A stretch of 64,000 nt of DNA from Eledone cirrhosa (lineage: Eukaryota), in contig OZ024740.1 in assembly GCA_964016885.1 (NCBI GenBank), positions 239,196,001 through 239,260,000 on the forward strand, in the 5' to 3' direction. Below the pieces are notes generated by a model, which saw only the letters and a program-made list of their open reading frames with translations, did not search any database and was not told the origin of the DNA. Numbering within the stretch: position 1 is the first letter of the stretch; each line of letters begins with the position of its first letter. Shown here in pieces: positions 51,516 through 64,000 of this stretch. The translations under genes were made by a program, and so were the position numbers.

Positions 51516-53322
51516 ACAGTTGATACACCACACTGACTTTCGTTGTTTAACAATCCTTGCCTTTTCCCCCATTTTCGTTGTTTTGTTTTCTTTATTAACT
51601 ACATCTATCACCAGTAAAACAATAAATTCATCACCTTCAAAAAATGAACTCATTAAAATATGGAATAGTCATGACTGGAACGCTTCCTGTCATATGTCTG
51701 CTGGGTTATTGATGATGTAGCGCTAAAACGCAACAACATATGAGTTACTGCGTCTAACTGGTAAACCAATATCATGAATTTAAGGTTGGAGAAGGCGGTG
51801 AATTGGTAGTATTGATAGAGCGTAGAACAACGTCTTACAACTTATGTCCCTTTACGTTCTATGTTCAAATTCCTCCGAGGTTAGAATCGGCTTTCATCCT
51901 CACGGTATCGATAAAATGAAGTACCAGTAACGCATTGGGAGTCGATTTTTGATCTTCCACTACCCTTGAAATTACTGATTATAAATATTGGTTTGTTGTT
52001 ATTGAGGTTTAGCTCCAAGTCAGACCTGATAATATAGACCTATGATTAATTATATTCCAGCTATAACCATCCTGTTTCAGGGGCATATTAGAATGGTTTT
52101 TTTACCTTTACTAAGATTTTAGAGCGCGGTATGTGGGAAATTTGGCTGCTATTTCTAGATGGTCGAGTGACTACTCGTAGAGCAATCTTCTGTAGTCCAT
52201 ACTGAGCCGTTATTGGATGGTGCCAATTGCATATCAAATTTTTCCATGAGAAACTGTTTGCCATTCGTTCAACCTTTCTCCATATCTTGAAGAATACACC
52301 CCATGTGTGTTCTGAACCCGTTTCTCGATGCAGTGTAGTCGATACTGAAAGAGAGAGAGAGAGAGAGAGAGAGAATACTCGATCCCAGTATTTGAGTGGA
52401 GCTTTATTTATCGACGACTCCGGAAAAAGGAAAAGCAAAGATGACTTCCGTAGGATTTGAACTCAGAACGCAGAGAGCTCGACATACAGTTCAATGGCTT
52501 TGCGAATTCACACATTAGTTTCTTTTTTGGCGGCGGGATGATGACTACAAAGAAATAGGAAATCAGAGGAGTAAATGCTTTCAAGTATTTAGTTTCACCC
52601 CAACACTTTCGAATTCAGTTGAACGACATAACTTTAAATAAAATGAACATTTCAAACTCATGCCTAATCTATTCGTCTGGATAGCATTTGAAATGTAAAC
52701 TTTTAGTAACCGTTCAATATATGATCGGTTATATGTGTAATGTAATCTTTTTTGTCTTCTGCTGCAATAAGATCCTTTCTTATAAACACGTTCATGAAGG
52801 CCGACATATCGTTGTCAGTGTGTACCGCCAGCATTGTTTACTCAGAATATTGCTTATGTTAAGAGAAACCATATATTCTATTATATACATTTCAAAGTTT
52901 TGTGTTGTAAATATGTTCTCACTGACATTTCAGTCAAGTGTTACGTGTTATTGCCAAAAGTTATTTTATTGAAAGACATAAACATATTGTTTGTTATCTT
53001 TGTTTTACCATATGGCCTTTACATTATTTCTTAGGGTATTATTACAGTAACACATACAGAGCAACAGTCAACAGTTGCATATTAACGTACTTTGTTCATC
53101 AGTGAAAACAAAGGTAAAAGTGAAATGTTTATGTAGAATGTAGACAAATGCTGTATGAGAATATCATAGGTCACCACTGCTTCCTTGTTAGTTCTTGGTG
53201 AGAATTTATGTTATTGTGAATATCAGCATCTGAATCGCATCTGTTTTCCGTACCAAGGTAACTTAATATTCATCAAATAGAACTCTTGATGTTCCACATA
53301 GAGCAAAAACAATAGTATAAAG

Positions 53323-53639
53323 CAGAGGTTTTCAAAGTAGGCGCTATGCTCCTCTCCCCGGGGGTGCTGAGAAGGTCCAGAGGGCGCTGGGGCCTAAGGA
53401 GGCGGTAGCGAGTAGAGATGAGATGATTTAATAGTATATTAAATATCAAATGGTACATATTTATATAAATGATACATATAGATATAGTGAAATATAACAC
53501 ATAATATTCATTTATACGTAGTATATATATTATTTATTATATCAAAATTAACGATTTTATTTATTATATATTATTTACAAACTGAGGCTATTACGTGGCC
53601 GTGAGTGGGGCAGTGACCCAAACAGTTTGGGAACCTCTG
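53323..53639. mobile_element. hAT/Charlie-like MITE
   Basis: TIR CAGAGGTTTTCAAA / TTTGGGAACCTCTG. 8-bp flanks GTATAAAG / GTGTAAAG (7/8 match). Confidence 0.8.
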
Positions 53640-55789
53640 GTGTAAAGAGACTGTCACGACGAAATATCATGCAATTTATGCTATATCCTTTCCATAAGAA
53701 ATACGAGAAAGAAATATCTCTTCGTTTTCTTTAAAAGAAAATCTCTCCAGCTTTCTTCCATCTCTGCTTCCCTCTTCTATTCCTCTGATAGCTGCCGTGA
53801 TTCATTGTATATGTAATTTTTTCTCGCCCTGTAAGAAATAACATACGTTTAAACAAACTAAGTTCATGTGAGATAATGTAGTCCCAGTCAGAAAAGAAGA
53901 CTGGGCATGGTTGGTCATGCCTGGAATTCTTTTTATCCCGATTTGAAATTAAAGAAGAACAGTTAAGAAAACGTTTGGAATATTTTCATAGAATGCTTTA
54001 AAGACACCTCAAACTTTATTAATATAAAATAGATTAAAAGAGTATTACTTACCTTAAAGTAGACTAACTTAGAGATTTAAGAATCCCTACATAATGAGGA
54101 TATTGTAAAGAATTGGTTTGGGTCTAAACTTTAGAAGTAAGAGATACCAATAACATTAAGTACCACTCTAAGAATTAAAACTGATAGATTATTCAACGTA
54201 TATAATTGAAACGAGATTAACAAATAAATATTTAATGGAGAATTAGCTTGAAAGCAGGGAGGGTTATAACCAATAAGTTATATAAATTGAACGAATTATA
54301 TTTATATCTAACTATTGGTGGGTTAAAACAGAATCTTACTTGGTAATTATTCTAACAGTGTTTCTAAGAGATTGGGTAAGGACGACTTAAATCTCATGTA
54401 ATAAATACAAAAGTAAAAAATGTTGCTTCTCTAATGGAGAGCACATTGCCAGCCTGATGATACAGGTTATGAAAGCAGTGTTGTTACTGTTTGGTTCCCG
54501 ATTGAATAAATCTATGTTCAAAGGTATTCTAGCCATGGTCATCTTGTCTTTTATTCAGATTTAGTGTAGAACTACATTATCTATTGTGCTCTTCATTTAA
54601 AAACGGCAGGGTGTTATTTGAGGGATATTAAGCTACATTTCAGCAGGTTGAAAGATGTCCTAAAAAGTGGTGAGGGACCTTTATATAATCAGAGGCGAAT
54701 TGCATTTATAAGTACGTTTGATGGATCTCTCTCTAGAAAAATAATGAATCATAATTTTACAAATTCATATGTATGCACCTTAAATAAAATTGTTGTTTTG
54801 GTCTTAGGTTTAAACCTACTTTTCGGGATATAGAAACTTCGCTAGCGGATGTTTTAAAATAGGATTGGGGGTAAAACTAGGCGCACGGTTGAGCAGTTCA
54901 CTACACATCGCGTAGAGGCTCCTCGTTCGCAGGTTATATTGTAGTAGTAATGTTAGTGTGGTAATGATGGTACTTACCATCTCAACCACCATTTAACCAT
55001 TATTGTGTTAAACCATCATTTGATAAAACGGAAATTACTTATAGAGAAATGATGTCTTAAATTGTTTGCAGCTGCAACAAATAAAACTGAAAGCTATATT
55101 TTAAACAATGACAGGAATTGAATTTATTGACTGTATTAATAGAATTCCCAAGTGAGGTGTGCGCTCCATCCAAGTTTAATAAAAATCTTGACTTAACACT
55201 TCTGATTCAAAAGTATCTACTGTCTTTTACGCCGCTTCTCACAAATAAGTTCAATGACACACTGAATAGCTGATATCTCAATTCTTCTATTTTTGAGAAG
55301 ATCATTGGTGAAATACTCTTCAGGGAGATTATATTCAGAAACAATATGACATCAGAAAGTTACTGATGAGTTTAAGATGACAGAACAGTATAACAGCTTC
55401 AATTATAAGTTCAATTACTCATCGTATGTGAGACTATGTTAGTCGGTGACAGTTCAATCTACACATTTTCAAAGACACGATGCGATGTCACTGATAAACC
55501 TTTTCGATCTTCTTCTCTTCTATATAGAAATGTATATTAGTTACTGTAGTTGTTCAGAAATTAAATATTTTCCGGTGCAATTTACATATTATTCATTTGT
55601 CTGCATATATTATATTGAACTTTAAAATTCTAATATTTCATAATTTGAATATGATGACACCCATTTACCCACCGTTTAACAAACATAACACGTCTCAGAA
55701 TTATTTAAGTTTTAATAAATTCTATTTTATTTTTACCCCAACACATACATCTAGCTATACAGAATTACCGTTTACCTAATTTTAATAAT

Positions 55790-56185
55790 TATTTCTACTT
55801 TAGGCACAAGGCCAGCAATTATCCAGTGCATTACTGGTACTTTATTTTATCGACCCCGTAAGGATGAAAGGCAAAGTCAACCTCGGCGGGATTTGAACTC
55901 AGATCGTAAAGGGACGTAACTATGCTGGAAAGCATGGCGTCCGACCCTCTACCGATACTGCCAATCCACTGGTTTCTAGTATAGGCACAAGGCCAGTCAT
56001 TTGGGGGGAGGGGAAGGTCGATCAAATCGACCCCAGTGCGTGACTGGTACTTTATTTTATCGACCCCGTAAGGATGAAAGTCAAAGTTAACCTCAGCGGG
56101 ATTTGAACTCAGATCATTAAGGGCCGTAACTCTATGCTGAAAAGCATGGTCTCCGACTCTCTACCGATACTGCCAATCCACCGCC
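55790..56185 (-). mobile_element. Dimeric Meta/OR-like SINE (long plus short monomer)
   Basis: Two monomers within one perfect 18-bp TSD TTACCTAATTTTAATAAT at 55772-55789 and 56186-56203. Confidence 0.9.
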
Positions 56186-58244
56186 TTACCTAATTTTAAT
56201 AATAAGGCTTGAACCAACCCAAAGCTATAATAAATTATACCTACTCAAGATATCACACAATGGGATCGAACTCGCAACCATTCAATGATATTTGCATTCA
56301 CATTATAGTTTTATTCTCAACGCATTTCTTAATCTAATTTCGTCTGCACAGAAAATATGCTGATGCCTACATACTATGGCGGTATTTTGTTAAATACTCG
56401 AGAATGAATTATTGGTTTTGAAAAAAATATGATATGACCACTGTTAGATAAAAGACGAGCGGAAATTAGCAGTAATATAAAAATGCTGTTGTTAATAGAC
56501 ATGGCTAGTGCCTGAAATAATTAGCTAAATTAAAACTTATAATTGAGAAATAATTATATAACATTTTTCCAACTGTGAAAATTGTAATTACTTTACCAAA
56601 TGTGAATTAATAATTAGAATTGATTGACCAATAGTAATTGAAGAGAGTTTTTGATTATGAAGTTACAAATAAAAAAAAAAATGATTGTTTGGATTCAAAA
56701 GTTCGAAATAACAAATAACGACTACAAACAATGAGGCTGAATCAATATATTTAAACCAAATAAAACGCAATATCAGTGAATTGGCAGAGTCGCTAGGACG
56801 TCAGATAGAATGTTTTGCAGTATTCATCCCAGCTAGAAATAGCAGGTCTCCTACAAAACCGCATCCCAATCTCATAAAAAGGACACATTGAATAAAGTAA
56901 TCTTTGATAGACTATGCCCGAAAAGACAAAAATACAAAATAGGTTGATCATCGAGTTGAGCTAGGATTAAACAAATTGGACAACACCAACGACAACAAAA
57001 ATGCCATTCTTGCTAAATGATTTTGGTTTTATTATTTTCACAATGAAAATACTGTCTGCTATTTAAATAAACTCAAATTTGCAGGAATTTGACTTATGGT
57101 GGGGGTGAGTGTCTCCATTAAACTCTCAAGCAGAAGTTGAATCTATCAAACAAATATATCAATACATTTTAGGCTTACAAAATGGGAAATCATCAAACAT
57201 GGTAGATATTTGTTCCATCTCTACGATGGCAAATTTGAAGATTCATTAGTATGTCGAATAGAATGCTTCGTGGTATTTGTTAAAGCTCTCTGTACTCTGA
57301 GTTCAAATACCGCCGAGGTCAGTTTTGCATTTCTTCCTTTCGAAGTCGACAAACATAGTACCGTGGTCGATTCTTCCCTGTATATTTCTTTCTCATATTT
57401 TAGCTTTCTCTCTGTCTCGCCCACTCCTTAGAAGAAACCGGCTGTGTTCAAATCTGGCGAGGGACGAGTCCCGCCAGTTTTAAAATGCTAAAAACTTGAC
57501 GTATTTCTCTGTAGCGCTCCTACGACTCCATTAGGAATTAAGAGCCCGTGGCATACCTGACCAATGAATGTTTAGTTGTTCGAAAGTGTACCCATAACGT
57601 AATTCTCAGATCGGAACTTTGAATTACAGGTTCAAACCAAAAGGAAAGAAGAAGAACCCACACCATAACTGGACTGGTAATTTATTTATAGAGCTAGGTA
57701 TTCTACTCGACTCTAACGATCCTACAACGTTTTTATCTTCATTAGACATGTAAATATGAAGGAGGGAAAATTACTCTCTTTTATTGGAAACAATAAATAA
57801 ATAAGAAATATGTGAAGTTAAGTGCAAGGTATTCAGAATTGTTAGCCTGTCGGAATACATACACTCAGCTAAGTTTATGTCTGGTAAATGTAAAAACTCT
57901 AATTTGAAAGTAATCTGCACTTCCGTTGAACGCTACTTACTGATACGTTTCATACTTATATGATAAATACTATAGATATCCTATATCAACTTAACCTTTT
58001 TAACACATATCTGCACATCGCCGTGAAAGTCTGGGTGGGTGGTTGAGAAGTCCGCTATCATCCACGTGATTCCGGTTTTAAATCAACTGGCAGCAAGTGT
58101 CTTCTGCATTAGCATCCGATATCATATTTTATACATACATATATGTATGTCTGTATATATATATATATACAGAAATAACAACACAATCGGTACAGTATAT
58201 GGAAGGAATATATTAGGTTAACGCTTGAAATAGCAGGAAGAGGG

Positions 58245-58280
58245 TCTTAACGTTTCGGACGCTAGTCCTTCATCAGAAGA
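58245..58280 (-). ncRNA. Minimal type-I hammerhead motif (identical to 1262-1297)
   Basis: Exact reverse complement of 1262-1297 within an about 115-bp shared segment (58170-58286 versus 1256-1375). Confidence 0.75.
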
Positions 58281-58342
58281 AAGAATTAGAAATAAATATG
58301 TTATAAAAATAACAGGTCCATTTATCTTGACATCTCTTGGAA

Positions 58343-58490
<148 letters not shown>

Positions 58491-58768
58491 GTATATATAT
58501 ATATAAAATAAGAGAGACGGTTTTATACATACATCTTCATTTTATTACATAATTATATTATACATATTTCAAAGATGTCAGAGTGGTTATATAAGAATCC
58601 CCTGGCATGTTTTCACCAGAAAGTGTAAGATGTATTTTCCTATCTATTGATATGTTACTGGTTTCTCGTGGTGTTTACATCACTGACCAGTACACATATG
58701 AATAGAATTGGTATTCTAGTAGTTAAAAAGTCGGCGGATTATATGATCAACAACTTTCATCAACTGAA

Positions 58769-58809
<41 letters not shown>

Positions 58810-58878
58810 AGGCGTGAGAAATAAGACCATTCTTCGCCTTAGTATTCTTTATGTATGTATGTAAGTATTTATAGATAT

Positions 58879-58916
<38 letters not shown>

Positions 58917-59265
58917 CGTCGGGGACTATGGAGGTCTCGAAACTTTAATATACACATTGATTTAGGAACTCCACTGTTCCAAACTAAGCTGAAAGGACTG
59001 ATAAGGAAATACAATAAAACCTTAATAAAAATAGGAAAAAGTCCAGTAAATCTGAGAGAAGGGAAAGTCGACTATATTGATTTCTGTGCTTGACTGGTAC
59101 TTTATTGTATCGACCCCAGAAGGCCGTATTTGTTTTGGCTCTTTGCGTTATCTTCCCACCTTTCAGAGTTTATTAATGAAAGTACCAGTCAATCAATACA
59201 ATCAACTCCCGCCTTCTCATTCCTTCAAATTAACTGGCCTTGTACCTAAATTACAAATCAATATA

Positions 59266-59433
59266 CCGTATTTCCCGGCGTCGAAGACGCTACTCTTTTC
59301 CTAAAATAAGTCTCAAAAATCTACCAAGCGTCCTGGAGGCTGAAGGTTGTTTATTATTTGTTTTCAAATGTTTGGTTGTCAAAATTAGGGTGCGTCCTCG
59401 AGGACGAAGCATCTTCGGCGCCCGTAAATACGG
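59266..59433. mobile_element. Tc2/pogo-like MITE (168 bp)
   Basis: TA-CCGTATTT..GGCG.CGAAGA.GCT TIRs of about 26 bp at both ends, with TA duplication. Confidence 0.85.
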
Positions 59434-59491
59434 TAGCATGTTTGAAAGATTGGGACTTTTGTTATTGTTTTGTGTTGTTATCATTACTAAG

Positions 59492-59681
59492 TGTGGTAGA
59501 TTGGCAGTATCGGTAGAGGGTCGGACGCCATGTTTTGACGCATAGAGTTACGGCCCTTGCCATTCTGAGTTCAAATCCCGCCGAGGTTAACGTTGCCTTT
59601 CATCCTTACGGGGTCGATAAAATAAAGTACCAGTAATGCACTGGGATAATTGCTGGCCTTGTGACAAAAATAGAAACAATT
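59492..59681 (+). mobile_element. Meta/OR-like SINE
   Basis: Family core sequence. Confidence 0.88.
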
Positions 59682-59698
59682 ACTATTTATTATAATTA

Positions 59699-60387
59699 CT
59701 AGCTGGCCCCGTGCCATCGAAAATGACGACTAATTGTAATATGTATACATAATATAAAAAAAGAGATGTTTGTTTTTTTGGTTTGTTGGTCGGTTCCTTC
59801 ACGCTAACTCACACAAGTGATACAAACGTACAAACACACAGCTGTGACGAATCTTTGAACACTGGACCTCTATAGTTTCTCACTCCCCTCCTTCCACAGT
59901 CATCCCATAGATGTGTGTGTATGTAATAATTATTTTTTCCGTGTGTGTAAGTTTATATATATGTATGTGTAGATTCGTGTGTTTGTAATTCTATTGTCTA
60001 TATATCTTTCTAAATAAATTCACACAAACACATATACACTCACACAAATATTATATATAAATATAATATACACAAACACACATATACACACACACAACCA
60101 CACACATAATCATAACATCTAATGTGTGTAGCCAATTCGCTATACGTATAGACACACAGATATAGCGAATATTGGACGCTGCCACCCGCTCCTTCCTAAT
60201 TCGACGTTATCACCCCTTCCTTCCAAAGTCGACGTTATCACCCCTTCCTTACTCAGTCAACGCTATCACCTCTTCCTTACTCAGTCGACGTTATCACCCC
60301 TTCCTTTCTCAGTTTATCATCAACCTCTTACTTCCTCAGTCATCTCTTGAGACGGACAAATACACAAGAGTATTATATATTAGTAGA
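59699..60387 (-). mobile_element. Non-autonomous Helitron-like element carrying a minisatellite
   Basis: The minus strand begins A|TCTACTAATATATAAT and ends GCACGGGGCCAGCTAG|T (5'-TC, 3'-CTAG, A/T target, no TSD). Confidence 0.65.
60201..60340. repeat. 28-bp minisatellite, 4 copies plus 1 degenerate
   Basis: TCGACGTTATCACCCCTTCCTT(A/C/T)CTCAG-type units at 60201, 60229, 60257 and 60285. Confidence 0.92.
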
Positions 60388-60739
60388 TTCTTATTATGAC
60401 ATCTACCGTTTTCCTTTTCTTTTGTGCTGTTTTTCGTTTTTGTATTGTCCCTAATATTTTGGGCCCTTATGACCACTAAAAGAAATTATTATTATTTGAA
60501 AGTTCCTTTGAATTCTGCTTCTTTCCCAAATCTTGACGAGTGACACACGAGGAAAAATTTGATAATACGCACATTTTACAATCAATTATCACACAAATAA
60601 TGCTACAAAGGCACAAACAACAGTAAATGTCCTTGCAAGGTTTTTAAATTTATAATGCTCTTCTCAGGACATGGACAGCGCCAGTTTTCTGTATCGCTTG
60701 CAAAACATATATGAGGTGTGTGGTTTAGTTGTAGGTAGA

Positions 60740-61160
60740 GGCGGTGGTGGTGGTGGTGGGCGTGATAACGATGATGATAATGGCACTAATTTGAGGACAG
60801 TGATGGTGCTGTTGATGATGATTGCAGTGTTGGTGATGTTGTCGGTTGTAGGTAGGGTGGTGACAACGATGAGGGTGATCATGATGGTGAGGGTGTTGAT
60901 GATTGTGGTGGTGCTGAAGAAGATGCTGACGTTGATGGTAGTGGTGGTGGAAGTAATGATGACGAGCTGATGTTGATTGTGGTGTGGCTGGTGGTGATGA
61001 TGGTGATGGTGGTAGGGGTAGTAAAGATGATAATAACGATATTGATAATAACGATAATATTGATAATATTGATAATAACGATGATGATGATGATGATGAC
61101 ACTAATGTTGGTAGCAATGATGGTGGGCATGGTGTTAATGATAGTGATTATGATGACGGT
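60740..61160. repeat. Cryptic (GAT/GGT/AAT)n low-complexity tract
   Basis: Direct inspection. It explains the overlapping V/M-, D/N- and H/Q-rich ORFs. Confidence 0.9.
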
Positions 61161-62777
61161 GTTAGTTGGTGTCATCCAATGTGTATGGTGAGTATACACA
61201 ATAGAGAGGTCATTTCTGCAGATACAGTAATAAGTAACAAAGAAGGGTAATCTCCGCTGTATTTCCACATTAATTGGGGAAATAAGAATGTTGCGAAATG
61301 TTACTTCATATAAAGCAAATGTCAAGGCAAACATGCACTAGTATGTAATATGAGGAAAGTTTTCTAGTAGTTGTTGTTGTTGTTTAGCCCTAGGTCAGCT
61401 CTGTTGAAACAGATCTATGATAATAAGTTCTAACCACCGGTAATGATCCTGTTTTTTTTTCTTTTTTCTGTATTTCAGACGCATAATATCTAGGTGTATC
61501 ACATAATTCAATGTATCCGTTTAAAAAATAATAGGGTGCAATTTGAAGGAGATTAGGCTGCTATTTCTAACAGGTCAAACGCCCACGAAGATGTGCTAAA
61601 TATCTTTAATTGAGAAATTTAAGCTTATACGAGAAGAGTTAATGCATTATGCATCATATTAAACCAGGGATTTATTAATTAAAGTAGTTCTTCTCTACAT
61701 GCGTAAGAATATGGTATTGAGAAACATTAGGAAGGTATTTAACAAGTCTTATTCCTGGACTCTTTGGAGCCACAAATTTCAATATCATTATTTATTAATA
61801 TTTATTAATATTTTGCTAATAATGGGTGCTGTCTGCACTACGTTTCATTGATTTAGGTAGCATCTGATAAGTATTAGAATAAGAAAGAATGACCTAAATA
61901 ACAATTCTGCATTTAAACTGTCAAATATATTTGTGACAAACAAAGAAAAAGGAAGCTTTTCTTTTCCTGTCATATTTTTCCTCTGTTTAAGATTAACAGA
62001 TTTTCTGCTTAAAACATTCTCATATTAAAACATGTTTCTTTGTTTGCGTGGACATGATGGCTTAATAATAAAAATCTCGAAAGATAATTGGAAAATATTT
62101 GCTGCCAATCATCCAAGAAGGTCATGCTTCTTAGAACATGTTCCCAGTCAATCTCGTCAATGTAAAAAAAACAAAAAAAAAACAAAGCAAGCTAGAAGAA
62201 TGAAGCAATTAGTTAAGTTTGAGTCTAAAATTAGGAGAAAATCTATAATCTCGTAGCCTAATCTAACGCTACAGGAACATTTTAATAATTTAGATTTTAA
62301 GCTTGTTAATGAAGATGGGAATGAGTTTCGGTGGATGGGTGTTTTTGTTGGGTTATAAATAAGACGAGGAGCCTGCTACTAAATGACAGATATATATATA
62401 TATATATATATACATGATATGCGTGTGTGTATATGTGTGTGTACAAAAGGTAAGGGATACATATATACATTTATACATCTCTCTAATTATCTCCCTCCCT
62501 CTCTAAATATATGGCCTCAGCCGGATGGCTGAAAGAGGTAAAAGAGTAAAAGAGATATATATATATATTATATATATATATATATATAATTATTATTCAA
62601 AATGTTAACAAATGAAAAATATTCTCATAATCAAAATACATACAAAATAAGGGAACATCGAATAGAGGTGTATAAAAAAACCGTTGTTTTCAAATGTTAT
62701 ATCAAATAAGACATCGAATCTATTCACATAAACAATAGAATATCTCTTGTATTTGATTATGCTTTAGATAATTATAC

Positions 62778-62932
62778 TTATATATATATAATTATACATA
62801 TATATATACACACACATATATATATATATATATACACACACACGCACACACATACACATTCATGCGCATGCGCGCACAGACTTACACTCATATATATATA
62901 TATATATATGTATACATATATATATATACACA

Positions 62933-63027
<95 letters not shown>
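62778..63027. repeat. Compound (TA)n/(CA)n microsatellite
   Basis: Direct inspection. Confidence 0.95.
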
Positions 63028-63028
<1 letters not shown>

Positions 63029-64000
63029 GGTAATATTTTGTCTACAGCGAAACGATCATACGTAGTCATTACACTTTACACATATTACCAATTATATAGA
63101 CAACTTGTCAGAAGCCTTCGAGTGACGTGTATTTGAATCCAATGAGGTGAATACAAATGGCTACTCACACGGCATAGCTCCCTCCAGCAGAGATGTTTAA
63201 AGAAATATGTTTCTGAAGACATTTTTGAGCTCTATCAGAAAACAAACAAATAAACTATTAAAGCAACTTTTTTTAATGGCTTTCATATTGGGTGTATTTT
63301 ATTTTGAGACAGGAGAACCAGCTGGAAATATGTTGTTTAGTTCCAAGTTATCTTTGCTTCAGCAACATATAAGAAAATGTACTCCAAGCATGACCCTGCC
63401 ATTCTTCTATCGGGCATTGCGAATTGAGGACATCATTATTCAACGTGTTTTGAAGGGGATTTGACTGCTATTTCTAGCATCTCTAGCGATCACATAGAGG
63501 ATCCCACATTAGCACACCGACAATGATATTTAGTTGATAAATATCTCAACTGTGAGCTCTAGGCGGTGAAATGTCGGAAGCATAAAACGTCGGATAGCAT
63601 TTCTTTCCGCTTTTTGTGCTCCGTGTTCAAATTCTGCCGATCCCAATCTTGCATTTCCTCCTATCGGAACTGATAGAAACGTACCAGTCAAGTTTTGGGG
63701 TCGATTTTCCCTATGTCTCAAAATTGGAGACGTGAAACAGCTTAGAAATGAACGTACATGTTGCGGCACCGCCAATCGTTTCACCACCCTTCTATGGTAA
63801 TGACAGGAAGAAGAATCCTTTTACTATTAACCCTTTTACTGTTCATCCTTATACAAATACTTATATGTATACAAAACAATGATGGAGCATCTACAAAGTC
63901 ACTGCCGTTGCTAGGAATAACAGCAAAATTCCCTCATATCATACCCTAGTGTCTTGAAAATAGAAAAGACACATAGACAATGTTGTGTTATACACACCCA

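Noticed and set aside
54449-54485. CUGAUGA..GAAA motif
   Set aside because: No credible stem II or stem I pairing, so probably a chance match.
58918-58956. GGGAC/GUCUC-GAAAC half-hammerhead
   Set aside because: The CUGANGA strand is missing, so at most a truncated relic.
60664-61334. Overlapping ORFs rich in V/M, D/N, H/Q or S
   Set aside because: Cryptic trinucleotide low-complexity DNA open in many frames, with no splice or codon evidence.

Overview
This is AT-rich eukaryotic non-coding DNA with no supportable host gene. The repeat content (Meta/OR-type and OK-type tRNA-SINEs, very long (TA)n/(ATGT)n arrays, RTE LINEs) strongly suggests an Octopus or other coleoid genome. Almost all ORFs in the track are microsatellite translation artefacts. 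Real coding remnants are decayed retroelements (two RTE-clade LINEs, R4/Dong-like and CRE-like restriction-like-endonuclease fragments, a probable Tx1/L1-like 3' end) and one Tc1/mariner transposase relic. There are also several MITEs, a non-autonomous Helitron and a 200-N gap. The most striking unannotated signal is ten type-I hammerhead ribozyme (HHR) motifs from several different short sequence families. They sit in 100-600 bp islands beside TA-rich microsatellites, several within fold-back inverted repeats. One carries a compensatory U3-A8 core, and one palindromic pair carries reciprocal C3/G8 lesions. These look like Penelope-like (PLE) pseudo-LTR or retrozyme-like elements. Other notable items are a covarying, highly structured RTE 5' leader on a bipartite non-autonomous element, a dimeric SINE mobilised as a unit, and a MITE family with 6-bp target duplications. 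All folds and alignments were made by eye and need computational confirmation.
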